64,000 bases of DNA from an uncultured beta proteobacterium. Lineage in GTDB: Bacteria; Pseudomonadota; Gammaproteobacteria; Burkholderiales; Burkholderiaceae_E. The notes under the pieces are model-generated. The model was not told where the DNA came from. It did no database searches and saw only the letters and a list, made by a program, of their open reading frames with translations. Shown in pieces: positions 37,145-48,099 of this stretch. The stretch covers positions 22,059-86,058 of the forward strand of contig CAVSZG010000002.1 in the NCBI GenBank assembly GCA_963732405.1. Direction: 5' to 3'. Position 1 is the stretch's first letter; each line of letters starts with the position of its first letter. The position numbers and the translations under genes were made by a program.

Positions 37145-38467
37145 CTAGCCGGACAGGGTCAGCGTGAACAAGGCAATCGAGGGCATCAGGATCAGCAAGC
37201 CGATGCGCATCAGGTCCGAAATCAGAAACGGTACGATGCCCACGAAAGTCTCGCGCATCGGCACATCCTTGGCCATGCTGCTGATGATGTAGACATTCAT
37301 GCCCACGGGTGGCGTGATCAGACCGATCTCGACCACACTGAGCGCCAGAATGCCGAACCAGATCGCCTTGCCTTCGGGCGAGAGCCCCCAGAGGTCGATG
37401 CCCATGATGATCGGAAAAAAGATCGGAATGGTGAGCAGGATCATCGACAGACTGTCCATGATGCAGCCGAGCACCAGATAAATCGCCAGGATCACGAGCA
37501 GTACCAGCAGGGGCGATAACTGCATGCCGATCACCCACCTGGCCAGCTCTGCCGGCATCTGCGTGAGCGCCAGAAACACATTGAGCACATCGGCGCCCAG
37601 CAGGATCAGAAAAATCATCGCCGTGGCCTGGACGGTGCCATAGATGCAGTCGAGAAATCCGCGGCCGCGTAATCCCCCGGACACGAGTGCGACCAGTCCG
37701 GTGGCAATGGTGCCGATCGAGGCCGCTTCGGTCGGCGTGAAGAACCCACCATAAATACCGCCGATCACGACGAGGAAGATCAGCAGCACGGGCCAGGTGT
37801 CGAGCAAGGCCCGCAGCCGGTTCATCGCCGACAGCTTCTCGCCGGCCGGCGCATGCGAGGGGTCGAGGCGGGCCATGATCGCGATCGCCAGCATATAACC
37901 AATGGCGGCGATGATGCCTGGCACGAAGGCCGCGAGGAACAGCTTGGCGATGTTCTGCTCGGTAATGATCGCGTAGATGACCAGCGGCACCGACGGAGGA
38001 ATCAGGATGCCCAGGGTGCCGCCCGCGGCAATGGCTGCGGTGGCCATGCGAGGTGAGTAACCATGGCTGCGCAACTCGGGCAAGGCCACCTGTCCCATGG
38101 TTGCCGCGGTGGCCAACGACGAGCCGCAGATCGCGCCGAAACCCGCGCAGGCAGTGACCGCCGCCATCGCCATGCCGCCGCGCCAATGGCCGATCATCGC
38201 ATTGCCGGCCCGGAACAAGGCGCGCGACAGACCGCCATGGGTGGCGAACTGGCCCATCAACAGGAACAGCGGTACGACCGACAGGTCGTAGACCGAGTAG
38301 CGCGCGTAGGCAACACTCTTAAAATAGTTGAGCAGGGTTGGCAGACCCGCGACCCAGACATAGCCGATGGATCCTGCCACCAGCATGGCGATGCCGATAT
38401 GCACCCGCAAGGCGAGCAGCACCAGCATGAACACCCCGATCAAGGCGCCCTGCTCGATGCCGCTCAT
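37145..38467 (-). CDS. TRAP transporter large permease
   Basis: DctM-type sequence. The start MSGIEQG at 38467 overlaps the stop of the upstream Q gene (ATGA). Confidence 0.9.
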   Translation of the reverse strand: MSGIEQGALIGVFMLVLLALRVHIGIAMLVAGSIGYVWVAGLPTLLNYFKSVAYARYSVYDLSVVPLFLLMGQFATHGGLSRALFRAGNAMIGHWRGGMAMAAVTACAGFGAICGSSLATAATMGQVALPELRSHGYSPRMATAAIAAGGTLGILIPPSVPLVIYAIITEQNIAKLFLAAFVPGIIAAIGYMLAIAIMARLDPSHAPAGEKLSAMNRLRALLDTWPVLLIFLVVIGGIYGGFFTPTEAASIGTIATGLVALVSGGLRGRGFLDCIYGTVQATAMIFLILLGADVLNVFLALTQMPAELARWVIGMQLSPLLVLLVILAIYLVLGCIMDSLSMILLTIPIFFPIIMGIDLWGLSPEGKAIWFGILALSVVEIGLITPPVGMNVYIISSMAKDVPMRETFVGIVPFLISDLMRIGLLILMPSIALFTLTLSG

Positions 38468-38985
38468 TGTTTGGCCTTGCCGATCTGCTGCCAGAGCGTG
38501 TAGAGCGCGACCAAACCGAGCAGCAGGAAGGACGGACCCATCGGCAGATAACCCCACCAGGTGGGCAGATTCAGCAGCATCGAGGCATCCCGGTTGTTCA
38601 TGAACTCGATCGTGGCCACGGTCGTCCGCCAGGCCAGCGCGAACGCACAGATGGCCAGCAGCAGGGCCGCCATGGCATCGAGCACGGCATTGGTCCGGGC
38701 GCCTGCCCGGGCCGTAAAAAAATCAACGATCACGTGGCCGTTGACCATCTGGCACCAGGGCAAGGCCATGGTCACCGCAACGGCAGACATCATCTGGACC
38801 AGTTCGTAGTCGCCCAGGACCGGCGCATCGAGCAGCGAGCGCCCGACGATGCTATAGACCGACATGAGCGCCATGGCGAGCAGCATGAGCCCGGAGCCGA
38901 TCGCGAACAGGCGACACAGTGCATCGAGAATCCGTCCGACCGGGTCAACCGGACGGGGGACGTTGACCGATACCGCTTCAGACAT
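38464..38985 (-). CDS. TRAP transporter small permease
   Basis: 173 aa, four TM segments, located between the P and M genes. Confidence 0.85.
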   Translation of the reverse strand: MSEAVSVNVPRPVDPVGRILDALCRLFAIGSGLMLLAMALMSVYSIVGRSLLDAPVLGDYELVQMMSAVAVTMALPWCQMVNGHVIVDFFTARAGARTNAVLDAMAALLLAICAFALAWRTTVATIEFMNNRDASMLLNLPTWWGYLPMGPSFLLLGLVALYTLWQQIGKAKQ

Positions 38986-39018
38986 GTCGCCTGTCTCCGC
39001 CCGTCCGCCCTGCCCGCA

Positions 39019-40065
39019 TTATTTGGCGGTGTGCTTGGTGACCAGCGCCCGTGCCTGCTCAAGCAACATCTTGCCATCGGCGCCCTTGGCACTGACCTCG
39101 GCCGCCCACTGATCATCGAGCTTGTCGGTGGCCTTGCGCCATTTTTCCAGCTCCTGACCCGAGATCACCGAGATCTGGCTGCCCGAATCGAGCATCTTCT
39201 GTTTGCCGGGTACGTCAGCGGCGGCCTGAGTCTTGCCCATGAAGGCTGAAAAGTCAGCGCCCGAATTGGCGTCCAGCACCTGCTTGAGCGCCGGCGGCAA
39301 TGATTCATACCGGGCCTTGTTCATCGCGACCACGAACACCGTGGTGTAGAGCGCATTGAAGCTGCGATCCGGTTCTGCGGTGTACTTGGTCAATTCATTG
39401 ACCTTGATACCAGGAGCCACCTCATAGGGAATGACGGCGCCATCGATCACCCCCTTGGACAAGGCCTCGGGTACGGCCGGCACCGGCATGCCCACCGGGG
39501 TTGCGCCGAGCATGGCGAGCATCTTGTTGGTCAGACGGGTGGGCGCGCGCAGTTTGAGGCCGCGGAAATCGGTGATGGTCTTGAGTGGAGCCTTGACGGT
39601 GTAGATGTTGCCCGGACCGTGAACATGTACCGCCAACACATGGGTGTCGGTGAATTCGTCACGTGAGTACCGGTCATAAAACTCCCAGGCCGCGCGACTG
39701 GTCGCTTCAGCATTGGTCATCATGAAGGGCAGCTCGAACACCTCGGTCTTGGGGAAGCGACCGGCCGAATACCCCGCGACAGTCCAGACCACGTCGGCCA
39801 CCCCATCCTTGGCCTGATCGTAGAGCTGGGGTGGGCTGCCACCCAGCTGCATGGACGGGTAGATCTGGCATTTGAGCTTGCCGTCCGACTCCTTGGCGAG
39901 CTTTTCACACCAGCCGCCCAACATGCTCACATGCTGGGTCGATTGCGGCCCCAGAAAATGGTGAACCTTGAGCGTGACTTCCTGGGCCAGAGCGTTACCG
40001 CCCACTGTCGCGATGCCCGCGAACAGGGCACAGGCGGCAAACCGGGTCAATGCTGAGGGCGTCAT
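39019..40065 (-). CDS. TRAP transporter substrate-binding protein (DctP family)
   Basis: Signal peptide, then LKVHHFLGPQS...RFPKTEVFELPF...LRAPTR, a DctP-type pattern. Confidence 0.9.
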   Translation of the reverse strand: MTPSALTRFAACALFAGIATVGGNALAQEVTLKVHHFLGPQSTQHVSMLGGWCEKLAKESDGKLKCQIYPSMQLGGSPPQLYDQAKDGVADVVWTVAGYSAGRFPKTEVFELPFMMTNAEATSRAAWEFYDRYSRDEFTDTHVLAVHVHGPGNIYTVKAPLKTITDFRGLKLRAPTRLTNKMLAMLGATPVGMPVPAVPEALSKGVIDGAVIPYEVAPGIKVNELTKYTAEPDRSFNALYTTVFVVAMNKARYESLPPALKQVLDANSGADFSAFMGKTQAAADVPGKQKMLDSGSQISVISGQELEKWRKATDKLDDQWAAEVSAKGADGKMLLEQARALVTKHTAK

Positions 40066-40141
40066 TTTTTCCCCTGATTGGAATGATTGGCTGAATCAAA
40101 CATGCAGTATATTACATGTAGCACCTGAGTCGTCAACCGAC

Positions 40142-41683
40142 TCACTTCTCGGCTGCCGTCCAGTACCGGTCGCGCAGGCCTCGCTTGTACAACTTGCCGG
40201 TGGGCAGCCGGGGTAATTCATCCTCGAAATCGATCGACCGTGGGCATTTGATCCTGGCCAGGTGGGCCTGACAGAAGTTGATCAGTTCGGTGGACATCGC
40301 CGCCGAGGCGGTTTCGCCCGGGATCAACTGCACCACTGCCTTCACCTCCTCGCCAAGGTCGGCATTGGGTACGCCGAAGACCGCCGCGTCCATTACCTTG
40401 GGGTGCGAGATCAATAAGTTCTCAGCTTCCTGGGGATACACATTCACGCCGCCCGAAATGATCATGAAGCTCGCCCGATCGGTGAGATACAGGAAGCCGT
40501 CGTCGTCAACATAGCCGATATCGCCGACCGTGCTCATGGTGCCGTCCGGCGAGCGCGCAGCGGCGGTCTTTTCCGGATCGTTGAAGTACTCGAACGGCAA
40601 GGCGGTCTTGAACCAGATCTCACCGGGCGTGCCTTTGGCTGAGGGCTGGCCGTGTTCGTCCAGCACGTGCAGTTCACCCAGCAAAACTTTGCCCACGCTG
40701 CCCCGATGGGCAAGCCATTGCGCCGTATCGCAGGCGGTGAAGCCCAGTCCTTCGGTCGCGCCGTAGTATTCATGGATGATCGGGCCCCACCACTGGATCA
40801 TCTGCTCCTTGACCGGGATGGGGCAAGGCGCGGCCGCGTGAATGGCGATTTCCAGGCTGGACAGATCGTATCGGTTGCGCACGGACTCGGGCAGTTTGAG
40901 CATCCGGCTGAACATGGTGGGCACGAGCTGCGAATGCGTGACCCGGTAACGTTCAACGAGCGACAGATAGAGTTCAGGCTCGAAGCGTTCCATGATGATG
41001 GCGGTGCCACCGCTGCGGATCGTCAGCGACACCGCCGCATGCGGGGCGGCATGATATAACGGCGCCGGCGACAGATAGATCATCTGATCCCGGTACTGCC
41101 AGAGCTTGTAGAGAAAGTCGAACAGGGGCAGCGGTTTCTCGGGCGGATTGTCCGGTAGCGGACGCAGAATGCCCTTGGGACGCCCGGTCGTGCCCGAGGA
41201 ATACAGCATCGAAGCGCCGAGCGCTTCATCGGCAATCGGGGTGGTCGGCATATCGGCGATCGCCGCCTCGTAGTCGATGAACGGCAGGTCTTCCGGGCCG
41301 GCATCAACCATCAGGAACAACTTGACCTTGGGACAGCGGGCTGCCGCCTCCAGCGCCACTTCGCGGCGCGATCGCGAGGTGATCAACACCTGGGATTCGC
41401 TGTTGTCCACGATATAGGCGAGTTCATCGGCCGTCAGATAGGAATTGATGCAGGTCACGTACAGACCTGCCCGCTCGCCAGCCGCGGTGGTCTCGACGTA
41501 CTCACGGTTGTTCTCCATCATCACGGCGTAGTGATCCAGGCGCCGAAGGCCGTGCGCGCGCAGCAGATGGGCGAGCTGATTGCTGCGCTCATCGAGTTCG
41601 CGATACGTCATGCTCTGGCCGCTACCCGCCATGATGAATGCGATGCGGTCAGGATGGCGTTTGGCCTGGGTGCCTGGATACAT
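40142..41683 (-). CDS. AMP-dependent acyl-CoA synthetase/ligase
   Basis: MLYSSGTTGRPKG, YYGATEG, GDIGYVDDDGFLYLTDR and LPRLPTGKLYKR. Confidence 0.9.
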   Translation of the reverse strand: MYPGTQAKRHPDRIAFIMAGSGQSMTYRELDERSNQLAHLLRAHGLRRLDHYAVMMENNREYVETTAAGERAGLYVTCINSYLTADELAYIVDNSESQVLITSRSRREVALEAAARCPKVKLFLMVDAGPEDLPFIDYEAAIADMPTTPIADEALGASMLYSSGTTGRPKGILRPLPDNPPEKPLPLFDFLYKLWQYRDQMIYLSPAPLYHAAPHAAVSLTIRSGGTAIIMERFEPELYLSLVERYRVTHSQLVPTMFSRMLKLPESVRNRYDLSSLEIAIHAAAPCPIPVKEQMIQWWGPIIHEYYGATEGLGFTACDTAQWLAHRGSVGKVLLGELHVLDEHGQPSAKGTPGEIWFKTALPFEYFNDPEKTAAARSPDGTMSTVGDIGYVDDDGFLYLTDRASFMIISGGVNVYPQEAENLLISHPKVMDAAVFGVPNADLGEEVKAVVQLIPGETASAAMSTELINFCQAHLARIKCPRSIDFEDELPRLPTGKLYKRGLRDRYWTAAEK

Positions 41684-41716
41684 GACGGGTCTCCGTTAAT
41701 CGGTTTGCAGATCTAG

Positions 41717-44700
41717 TCAGTCGTCCGCCGGTGCGGGGCGATGTTGTGGCTGTGAATGATGGTGGTCGGGCCGGGGCTTGCGCGCGAGCAAGGTGAAGAA
41801 CAGAGGAATGAAGATCGGCGCGATGAAGGTGGCCACCAGCATGCCACCGACCACGCCGGTACCCATGGACTGGCGCGCTGCCGCACCCGCCCCGGTGGCG
41901 ATGGCCAGCGGCAATACGCCGAGCACGAAGGCCAGCGAGGTCATGATGATCGGCCGAAAACGCTGGCGGGCCGCCTGCCTTGCCGCATCGGCGGCCGACA
42001 GGCCGGCCTGCATGCCCTGCATCGCGAATTCGGCGATCAGAATCGCGTTCTTGGCCGCCAGGCCGATCAGGACCACGAGCCCGATCTGGAAGTAGACATT
42101 GTTTTCCATGCCGCGCAGAAACACCGAGAGCAAGGCCCCCAGCACGGCGAAGGGCACGGCCATCAACACTGCCAGCGGCACGCCCCAGCGCTCGTAGAGC
42201 GCCGAGAGAATCAGATACACCATGATGATCGCGAAGCCGAAGGCGAATATCGACGCATTGCCCGAACGCTTCTCCTGATACGCCTGGCTGGTCCACTCGA
42301 TGCCGTAACCGGGCGGCAGCTTGTCACGGGCCAGTTGCTCGACAGTCTCGATGGCCTGGCCGGACGAGTAGCCGGGCGCCGCACTGCCCAGTACCTTGGC
42401 CGACACATAGCCGTTATACCGCTCGATTTGTTCCGGCCCGACGATAGACTCGGTGCGGATCAAGGTGCTCAGCGGAATCATTTCATTGCTGGTGCGTGAT
42501 CGGACATGGATGCGTCCGAGATCCTCGGGTCGACTCCGATAGATGGCATCGGCCTGCATCGTCACCCGGTAGGTTCGTCCGGTCCGGTTGAAGTCGTTCA
42601 CATATAGCGAGCCCATCTGGGCCTGCAAGGCATTGAAGACCTGTTCGACCGGAACGCCAAGTGACAGCGCCTTGGCCTGGTCGACGTCGACCCGAAGCTG
42701 TGGCACGGTGGGTCTGAAGAAGGTCCGCACCCCGGTCAGGCTCGGGATCTTATTCATCTCGGCGACGAAACCGGCGGTCGTGGCGGCCAGACGCTGCGGG
42801 TCGGTTTCGGTACGTCCCTGGATGTTGAACTCGAAGCCACCCGCCGTACCCAGTCCCTGGATGGGCGGCGGATTGAAGGCGAACGCCAGACCATCGGGCA
42901 GACCCATGCCCAGGCCGCTCACCTCTCGCGCCAGATCCATCGATGTCTGGCTGCGTTGCTCCCAGGGAATCATCGGCGAGAAGATGGTCGCCGCATTGGT
43001 CTTGTTGCCCCCGGCGATCAGATCAAAACCGTTGACGATCAGGATGTTTTCGATGGCCTTGTTGCCCGCCATTTTCTGTCTGAGCTGCTCGGTGGCGCGA
43101 CTGGTCCGCTCCAGGGTCGCGCCGTCGGGCAGTTGCGCCACGCCGATGATGTAGCCCTGATCCTCGGGCGGAACAAAGCTGCCCGGAATCTTCGTGAACA
43201 GAAAGCCTGCGCCGACCACCACGCCCAGGAACAACACCATGGACAGCCAACGCCCACGAATGGCCAGGTCCACCGCGCGTGAAAACAGGCGGGTGATGGC
43301 GGCAAGAAACCGGTTGAAGGGGCCGAACAATCGCGCACCCATCCCGTCTGGCGCATGCGCCTTGAGCAACAGGGCAGCCAGCGCCGGCGTGAGCGTCAGC
43401 GCGACGAAACCGGACAGGAACACGGAAATGGCCACGGTCACCGCGAACTGTCTGTAGAGCTGGCCTGCAATACCACCCAGGAACGCGACCGGAATGAACA
43501 CGGCTCCCAGCACCAGCACGATACCGATCACCGCACCCTGCACTTCCTGCATCGCTTCGATCGCGGCGGCCATCGGCGACATGCCCTCCTCGCGCATCAG
43601 GCGCTCGACGTTCTCGAGCACGACGATCGCATCATCCACCACGATGCCGATCGACAGCACCATCGCGAACAGGGTCAGGGTATTGATCGAGAATCCGGCC
43701 AGCCAGAGGCCGGCGAACGTGCCCAGCAGCGAAACCGGTACGGCCAGCATCGGAATCAGCGTGGCACGCCAGGATTGCAGGAAGACAAAGACCACCAGCA
43801 GCACGATGAGCGCCGCTTCAGCCATGGTCTTGGACACTTCATAGATCGATGCCTTGACAAAGCGCGTGGTGTCATAGGGGATCAGGTAGTCGACCTGAGC
43901 GGGAAAGCGCGTCTCCTTCAGATCGCTCATGCGGGCGCGGATCGCGTCGGCCACATCGAGCGCATTGGCGCCCGATTGCAGGAATACGGCAATCGCGATC
44001 GAGGGTTCACCATTGACCGAGTTGGCCGCGTCGTAGCTCTGTGCGCCCAGTTCGATGCGCGCCACATCGCGCAGGCGCAGCGAGCCTCCTGTATCGGTCG
44101 AGCGCAGGATGATGTTGCCGAACTCCTCGACCTCGAGCAGCCGTCCCCGGGCCGTGACGGTATAGACAATGTCCTGGCCGGGCAGCGCCGGCTCTGCGCC
44201 GATCTTGCCCGCTGCGTACTGGGCGTTCTGGGCATTGATTGCCGCCGCGATGTCATCGGTCGTGATGCCGAGTTGGGCCATCCGGTCCGGCTGCAGCCAG
44301 ATCCGCATCGAATAATCGCGCGCGCCGAAAATGAACACATCGGCGGTGCCTGGTACGCGCTTGAGCTCATCGACCACATTGAGCGTGGCGTAGTTCGACA
44401 GGAACAAGGTGTCGTAGGCTTTTTCCTTCGCCCTGAGCGCCACCACCAGCAGGATGCTCTGCGACCGTTTGGCCACCGTGACGCCGGTGCGGCGCACCTC
44501 GTCGGGCAGGCGCGGAGTGGCCAGTTGCACGCGGTTGTTGACGTTGAAGGTGGCCTTGTCCGTATCGGTGCCGACTTCGAAGGTGGCGGTGATCGTGACC
44601 TGGCCGTTGGACGAAGACTGCGAACTGAAATAGAGCATGTTCTCCACGCCGGCGAGCTGTTCCTCGATCGGCGCGGCCACGGTTCGGGCCAGCGTCTCGG

Positions 44701-44860
44701 CGGACGCACCGGGATAAACGGCCGTGATCGTCACAGTGGGCGGCGAAATCTGGGGGTACTGGGCAATCGGCAGGATCGTCAGACACACCAGGCCGGCCAG
44801 CACGATGATGATCGACAGCACGGCCGCGAAGATGGGCCGTTCGATGAAGTAGCGTGACAT
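41717..44860 (-). CDS. RND multidrug efflux permease (AcrB/HAE1 type)
   Basis: 1047 aa beginning MSRYFIERPIFAAVLSIIIVLAG, the canonical AcrB N-terminus, with 12-TM architecture. Confidence 0.95.
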   Translation of the reverse strand: MSRYFIERPIFAAVLSIIIVLAGLVCLTILPIAQYPQISPPTVTITAVYPGASAETLARTVAAPIEEQLAGVENMLYFSSQSSSNGQVTITATFEVGTDTDKATFNVNNRVQLATPRLPDEVRRTGVTVAKRSQSILLVVALRAKEKAYDTLFLSNYATLNVVDELKRVPGTADVFIFGARDYSMRIWLQPDRMAQLGITTDDIAAAINAQNAQYAAGKIGAEPALPGQDIVYTVTARGRLLEVEEFGNIILRSTDTGGSLRLRDVARIELGAQSYDAANSVNGEPSIAIAVFLQSGANALDVADAIRARMSDLKETRFPAQVDYLIPYDTTRFVKASIYEVSKTMAEAALIVLLVVFVFLQSWRATLIPMLAVPVSLLGTFAGLWLAGFSINTLTLFAMVLSIGIVVDDAIVVLENVERLMREEGMSPMAAAIEAMQEVQGAVIGIVLVLGAVFIPVAFLGGIAGQLYRQFAVTVAISVFLSGFVALTLTPALAALLLKAHAPDGMGARLFGPFNRFLAAITRLFSRAVDLAIRGRWLSMVLFLGVVVGAGFLFTKIPGSFVPPEDQGYIIGVAQLPDGATLERTSRATEQLRQKMAGNKAIENILIVNGFDLIAGGNKTNAATIFSPMIPWEQRSQTSMDLAREVSGLGMGLPDGLAFAFNPPPIQGLGTAGGFEFNIQGRTETDPQRLAATTAGFVAEMNKIPSLTGVRTFFRPTVPQLRVDVDQAKALSLGVPVEQVFNALQAQMGSLYVNDFNRTGRTYRVTMQADAIYRSRPEDLGRIHVRSRTSNEMIPLSTLIRTESIVGPEQIERYNGYVSAKVLGSAAPGYSSGQAIETVEQLARDKLPPGYGIEWTSQAYQEKRSGNASIFAFGFAIIMVYLILSALYERWGVPLAVLMAVPFAVLGALLSVFLRGMENNVYFQIGLVVLIGLAAKNAILIAEFAMQGMQAGLSAADAARQAARQRFRPIIMTSLAFVLGVLPLAIATGAGAAARQSMGTGVVGGMLVATFIAPIFIPLFFTLLARKPRPDHHHSQPQHRPAPADD

Positions 44861-44879
44861 GGTCTGGGAAGCCCCTGGC

Positions 44880-46002
44880 TCAGCCGGCCGGTGTTTGTGT
44901 GCTGCTCGTCGCCTTGGGCGCGACCCCGACGCCGGGTCGCAGTTTCATCAGGTTGTCGACGATCACGCGCTCGCCAGGTTTCAGGCCGGTCTCGATGATC
45001 CAGTCAGCGCCCTGCCACTCGGCCGCTCGAACCGGTCGCGGCTGTGCCTTGTCCTGCTCGCCGACAACCCAGACCACGGTGCCGTCGGCGGTCTGACTGA
45101 CCGCAACCTTGGGCAGGCGATAGGCCTGTCGCTCGCCGGCTTCGATGCGCAGTTGCACGAACTGGCCGGGCAGCACCGTCAAGGCGGGATTGGCGAAGCT
45201 CGCACGCATGGCCACCGTACCCAGCTGGGCATCAACACTGGAGCCCGTGAAATTGAGCTGGCCGCCATCGATCAGCGAGTCGCCCGATCGGGACATCAGG
45301 CGCACCCTGGCCTTGTCGGCATCCCCGATGCTGCGCATCTGTTCATCATCCAGCGCAAATCGCACCCAGATCGGGTCGGTGGCCACGATGGTCGTGAGGG
45401 GTTCGGTCGCGCCGGCGTTCACCAGGCTGCCCTCCGACCGTGCCGAACGACCCGTGATACCGGCGATGGGTGCAGCGATCAAGGTATAAGACAGATTCGA
45501 GTTCGGCCGCCGCCACCCGCGATTGTTCGACTGCAAAGGCCGCCTCGGCGGTACGTTCGGCGACCAGCGCATCGTCATACTCGCGCTTGCTGATCAGGCT
45601 CTGCTGGTTCAGTTGACGCAGCCGCTCCCGTTGTCGACGGGCCTGATCCACCCGGGCCCTGGCCTGATCGGCAGCCGACCGTGCCTGGGCCAGCGATATC
45701 TCGAACGATGCCCGTTCGAGTTGATACATTGGCGCGCCGAGGGCTACCCGCTCTCCTTCGTTGAACAGGATCTTTTCGATCACGCCGCTCACCCGCGCGC
45801 GGATCTCGACCTGCTTGGAACCTTCGGCGCGACCCGCCGCGTCGAGTGTCAACGGAATGTTTTCCGGTTCGACAGCCATCACCGTGACCGGCATCGCCTT
45901 GGGTGGACCGCCGACGGCGCCCGCTGACGGTGCATTGGCCTTGTCCTGACCACAGGCCACCAATGAGGCGATGACCACGCCGATGCAAAGGCGCCCAGGC
46001 AT
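44880..46002 (-). pseudogene. RND periplasmic adaptor (MFP) lipoprotein, +1 nt frameshift near 45498
   Basis: ORF 45346..46104 gives MPGRLCIGVVIASLVACGQ...AAFAVEQSRVAAAEL. ORF 44880..45578 continues NLSYTLIAAPIAGITGRS.... Removing one nucleotide restores AAAELNLSYT. Confidence 0.85.
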
Positions 46003-46214
46003 TCGTAGTGCCGCCCGGATCCGGGCCCACCCGGCCACACCGCGTCTGCACCCACGGTCGGCGGACTGGTGGATCGCATGATTGTCTCGCTGGACTATTG
46101 TCATTGTCTCGTCTTGCCGATCAAACGATGTGCGTCGGAATCGAGACTGTCGACAAGACGCAGAGACGACGATTATAGGGATGCGCGGCGCCGATCCGCT
46201 GCGTGAGGCCGGCC

Positions 46215-46817
46215 TCAGCGGTTCAGAAACCGGCCCGCCATGCGCAGCAGATCGTCGACAGACGATCCGTCGCGATTCTGATCGAGGATCGGATTGAGCA
46301 TTCCCATCAGCCCATCCAGTGGCGAGGTCGGTGCGCCGGTGCTGGCCGAGGCAGGTTGCGGCTGCGGGCGCGATGGCGCATCGGGCGCTGCCACCATCCC
46401 GTCACGGCGGGCGCCCTTGGCCAGCACCCCCATCAACACCGTGGCCAGCACCGGCAGGAGCTTGCGCAGTACATCGGCGCTGATGCCGCTTTGCGAGGAT
46501 GCGCGGCTGGCAGCCTCCCGGCTCACCGATTTGTCGCCCAGCAGATGACCGAGGATGTCGTTGCCATCTTTGGTCGTGGCCGGCTGAGCCAGCGAATCAG
46601 CGCGATCGACATAGCGCTCGTGCTGGCCGCCGGCGAGCGCACCCAACAAGGAATCCAGACCGCCGCCGCGAATGTTCTGCGCGACAGCGCCGGCCAGAAT
46701 CGGCAGCAAGACCTTGGCTGCCGTCTGCACCTGTTGCTGATTGAGGCCGAACTGAGCGGCGAGCTGGCCCACGATACTGCTGCCCGCCGGCCCCAGAAGA
46801 TTGTCCAGAATGTTCAT
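46215..46817 (-). CDS. DUF937-family protein
   Basis: MNILDNLLGPAGSSIVGQLAAQFGLNQQQVQTAAKVLLPILAGAV...GISADVLRKLLPVLATVLMGVL. Confidence 0.7.
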   Translation of the reverse strand: MNILDNLLGPAGSSIVGQLAAQFGLNQQQVQTAAKVLLPILAGAVAQNIRGGGLDSLLGALAGGQHERYVDRADSLAQPATTKDGNDILGHLLGDKSVSREAASRASSQSGISADVLRKLLPVLATVLMGVLAKGARRDGMVAAPDAPSRPQPQPASASTGAPTSPLDGLMGMLNPILDQNRDGSSVDDLLRMAGRFLNR

Positions 46818-47066
46818 TCGTCAGTGCTCCGAATGCAATGAAGGATCAAACACATCAAAAAGACTGCCCGCGTCGTGATCGACCACCGGCCGGGCTTGGT
46901 CAGTTTAGCCTCAGGTGACAAAGATCACTTGTCTGGCCCAACACTCGGTTAATGTGTACGCCGATAGGGCGCCAGTCCCCGGGAGAGCAACGTGAAGAGT
47001 CATCGCGCACAGGCCTTTGGGCCGTCCAGCGCATCGGTCAGCACCAGGCTGTCGATGGACCTGACA

Positions 47067-48014
47067 ATGAATGAGCGGCATCGGCGTGATGTCGGCGCAG
47101 GCCTGTTCGTGCTGGCACTGCTGGCCTGTGCATCGCCGGTCGATGCGGCGGGCGCCCGGTCAGGCAGTCTTACCCAATCCGCGCCGCGCCAGCCTGCCGT
47201 GGTGACGAGTACGGCCGGTCATGCACGGAGTACGGCCGGCCATGCACGGTCCGTGGCCATCGGCCCGAATCGCCGCGAAGGTCGACCCACGCTCGCCGTG
47301 CCGCCTAATCATTATTTTGAGCGTGGGACCCGCTACCCTGCTGCCCTGGATTCACCGATCGGTACCTGGCGCATCGTGCCCCCGGTACCCTCGGTGGCCG
47401 CCCCTGCGCCGGTCTCACGCCCCACCGTGAGTCCGGTCAATGGTCAGACGGGTCGGGCGATTGCCGGCACCGCCGAAGGCCCGGAGCGGCGTGCCTCGTC
47501 GCGAATCCGGGTTGACAGCACTCGCCATCACCGGCCGCATCATCGCATCGACCCCGACGCCCCGCATGCCGCGCGCGACTCATCGGGCATCGGCTTCGGC
47601 CCGATTCCGGTCACCCGTCCCTTGCTGAGTCCGCAAGTGCCTTACGCGAATCCCGATGTGTCGTTGGCCCACGGCCATGACCGTCACGGGGCCCGTCATC
47701 AGCGGCATGACCGTCGGCATCCCGTGCTGCCACACGCGCCGGGCAGCATCGGCATGGTGCCTGGCCAGCCCGGACTGACGATCTGGGCCATGGCTGCCAT
47801 TCCAGACTATGTCGTCGAGCCCGCCGCCGATCAGAGCCCCGATCGGCAACGTCGAGATCGGGATGACTGCATGGCGCGCGCGGCCCGCGACTCAGGTTTC
47901 GACCCGTCATTGGTGGGTGGCGGCGTCGAACCGGCCGAGATGGTGATCGGCCAGCAGGCATTCAACGTTCTCTTCGGTGAATGTCTTATTGAATATCGGT
48001 ACGTCGTTCGATAG
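47067..48014 (+). CDS. low-complexity hypothetical secreted protein (weak call)
   Basis: MNERHRRDVGAGLFVLALLACASPVDAAG looks like a signal peptide. The rest is Pro/Arg/His-rich. I recognise no family. Confidence 0.3.
   Translation: MNERHRRDVGAGLFVLALLACASPVDAAGARSGSLTQSAPRQPAVVTSTAGHARSTAGHARSVAIGPNRREGRPTLAVPPNHYFERGTRYPAALDSPIGTWRIVPPVPSVAAPAPVSRPTVSPVNGQTGRAIAGTAEGPERRASSRIRVDSTRHHRPHHRIDPDAPHAARDSSGIGFGPIPVTRPLLSPQVPYANPDVSLAHGHDRHGARHQRHDRRHPVLPHAPGSIGMVPGQPGLTIWAMAAIPDYVVEPAADQSPDRQRRDRDDCMARAARDSGFDPSLVGGGVEPAEMVIGQQAFNVLFGECLIEYRYVVR
47208..47249. repeat. 21-bp tandem duplication (x2)
   Basis: agtacggccggtcatgcacgg / agtacggccggccatgcacgg, encoding STAGHAR twice. Confidence 0.8.
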
Positions 48015-48099
48015 ATGCGGTTCAGGCCCGATGGCCGCCATGTAATACTAGTTGTCAGGCCCGACAAACGATCGGGCTGCACAACAGGAAGGAAGGAAC

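Noticed and set aside
40099-40144. Short inverted repeats (acatg N10 catgt; gagtcg N5 cgactc) between the acyl-CoA synthetase stop and the dctP start.
   Set aside because: The arms are only 5-6 bp and there is no T-tract. This is too weak to call an operator or terminator.
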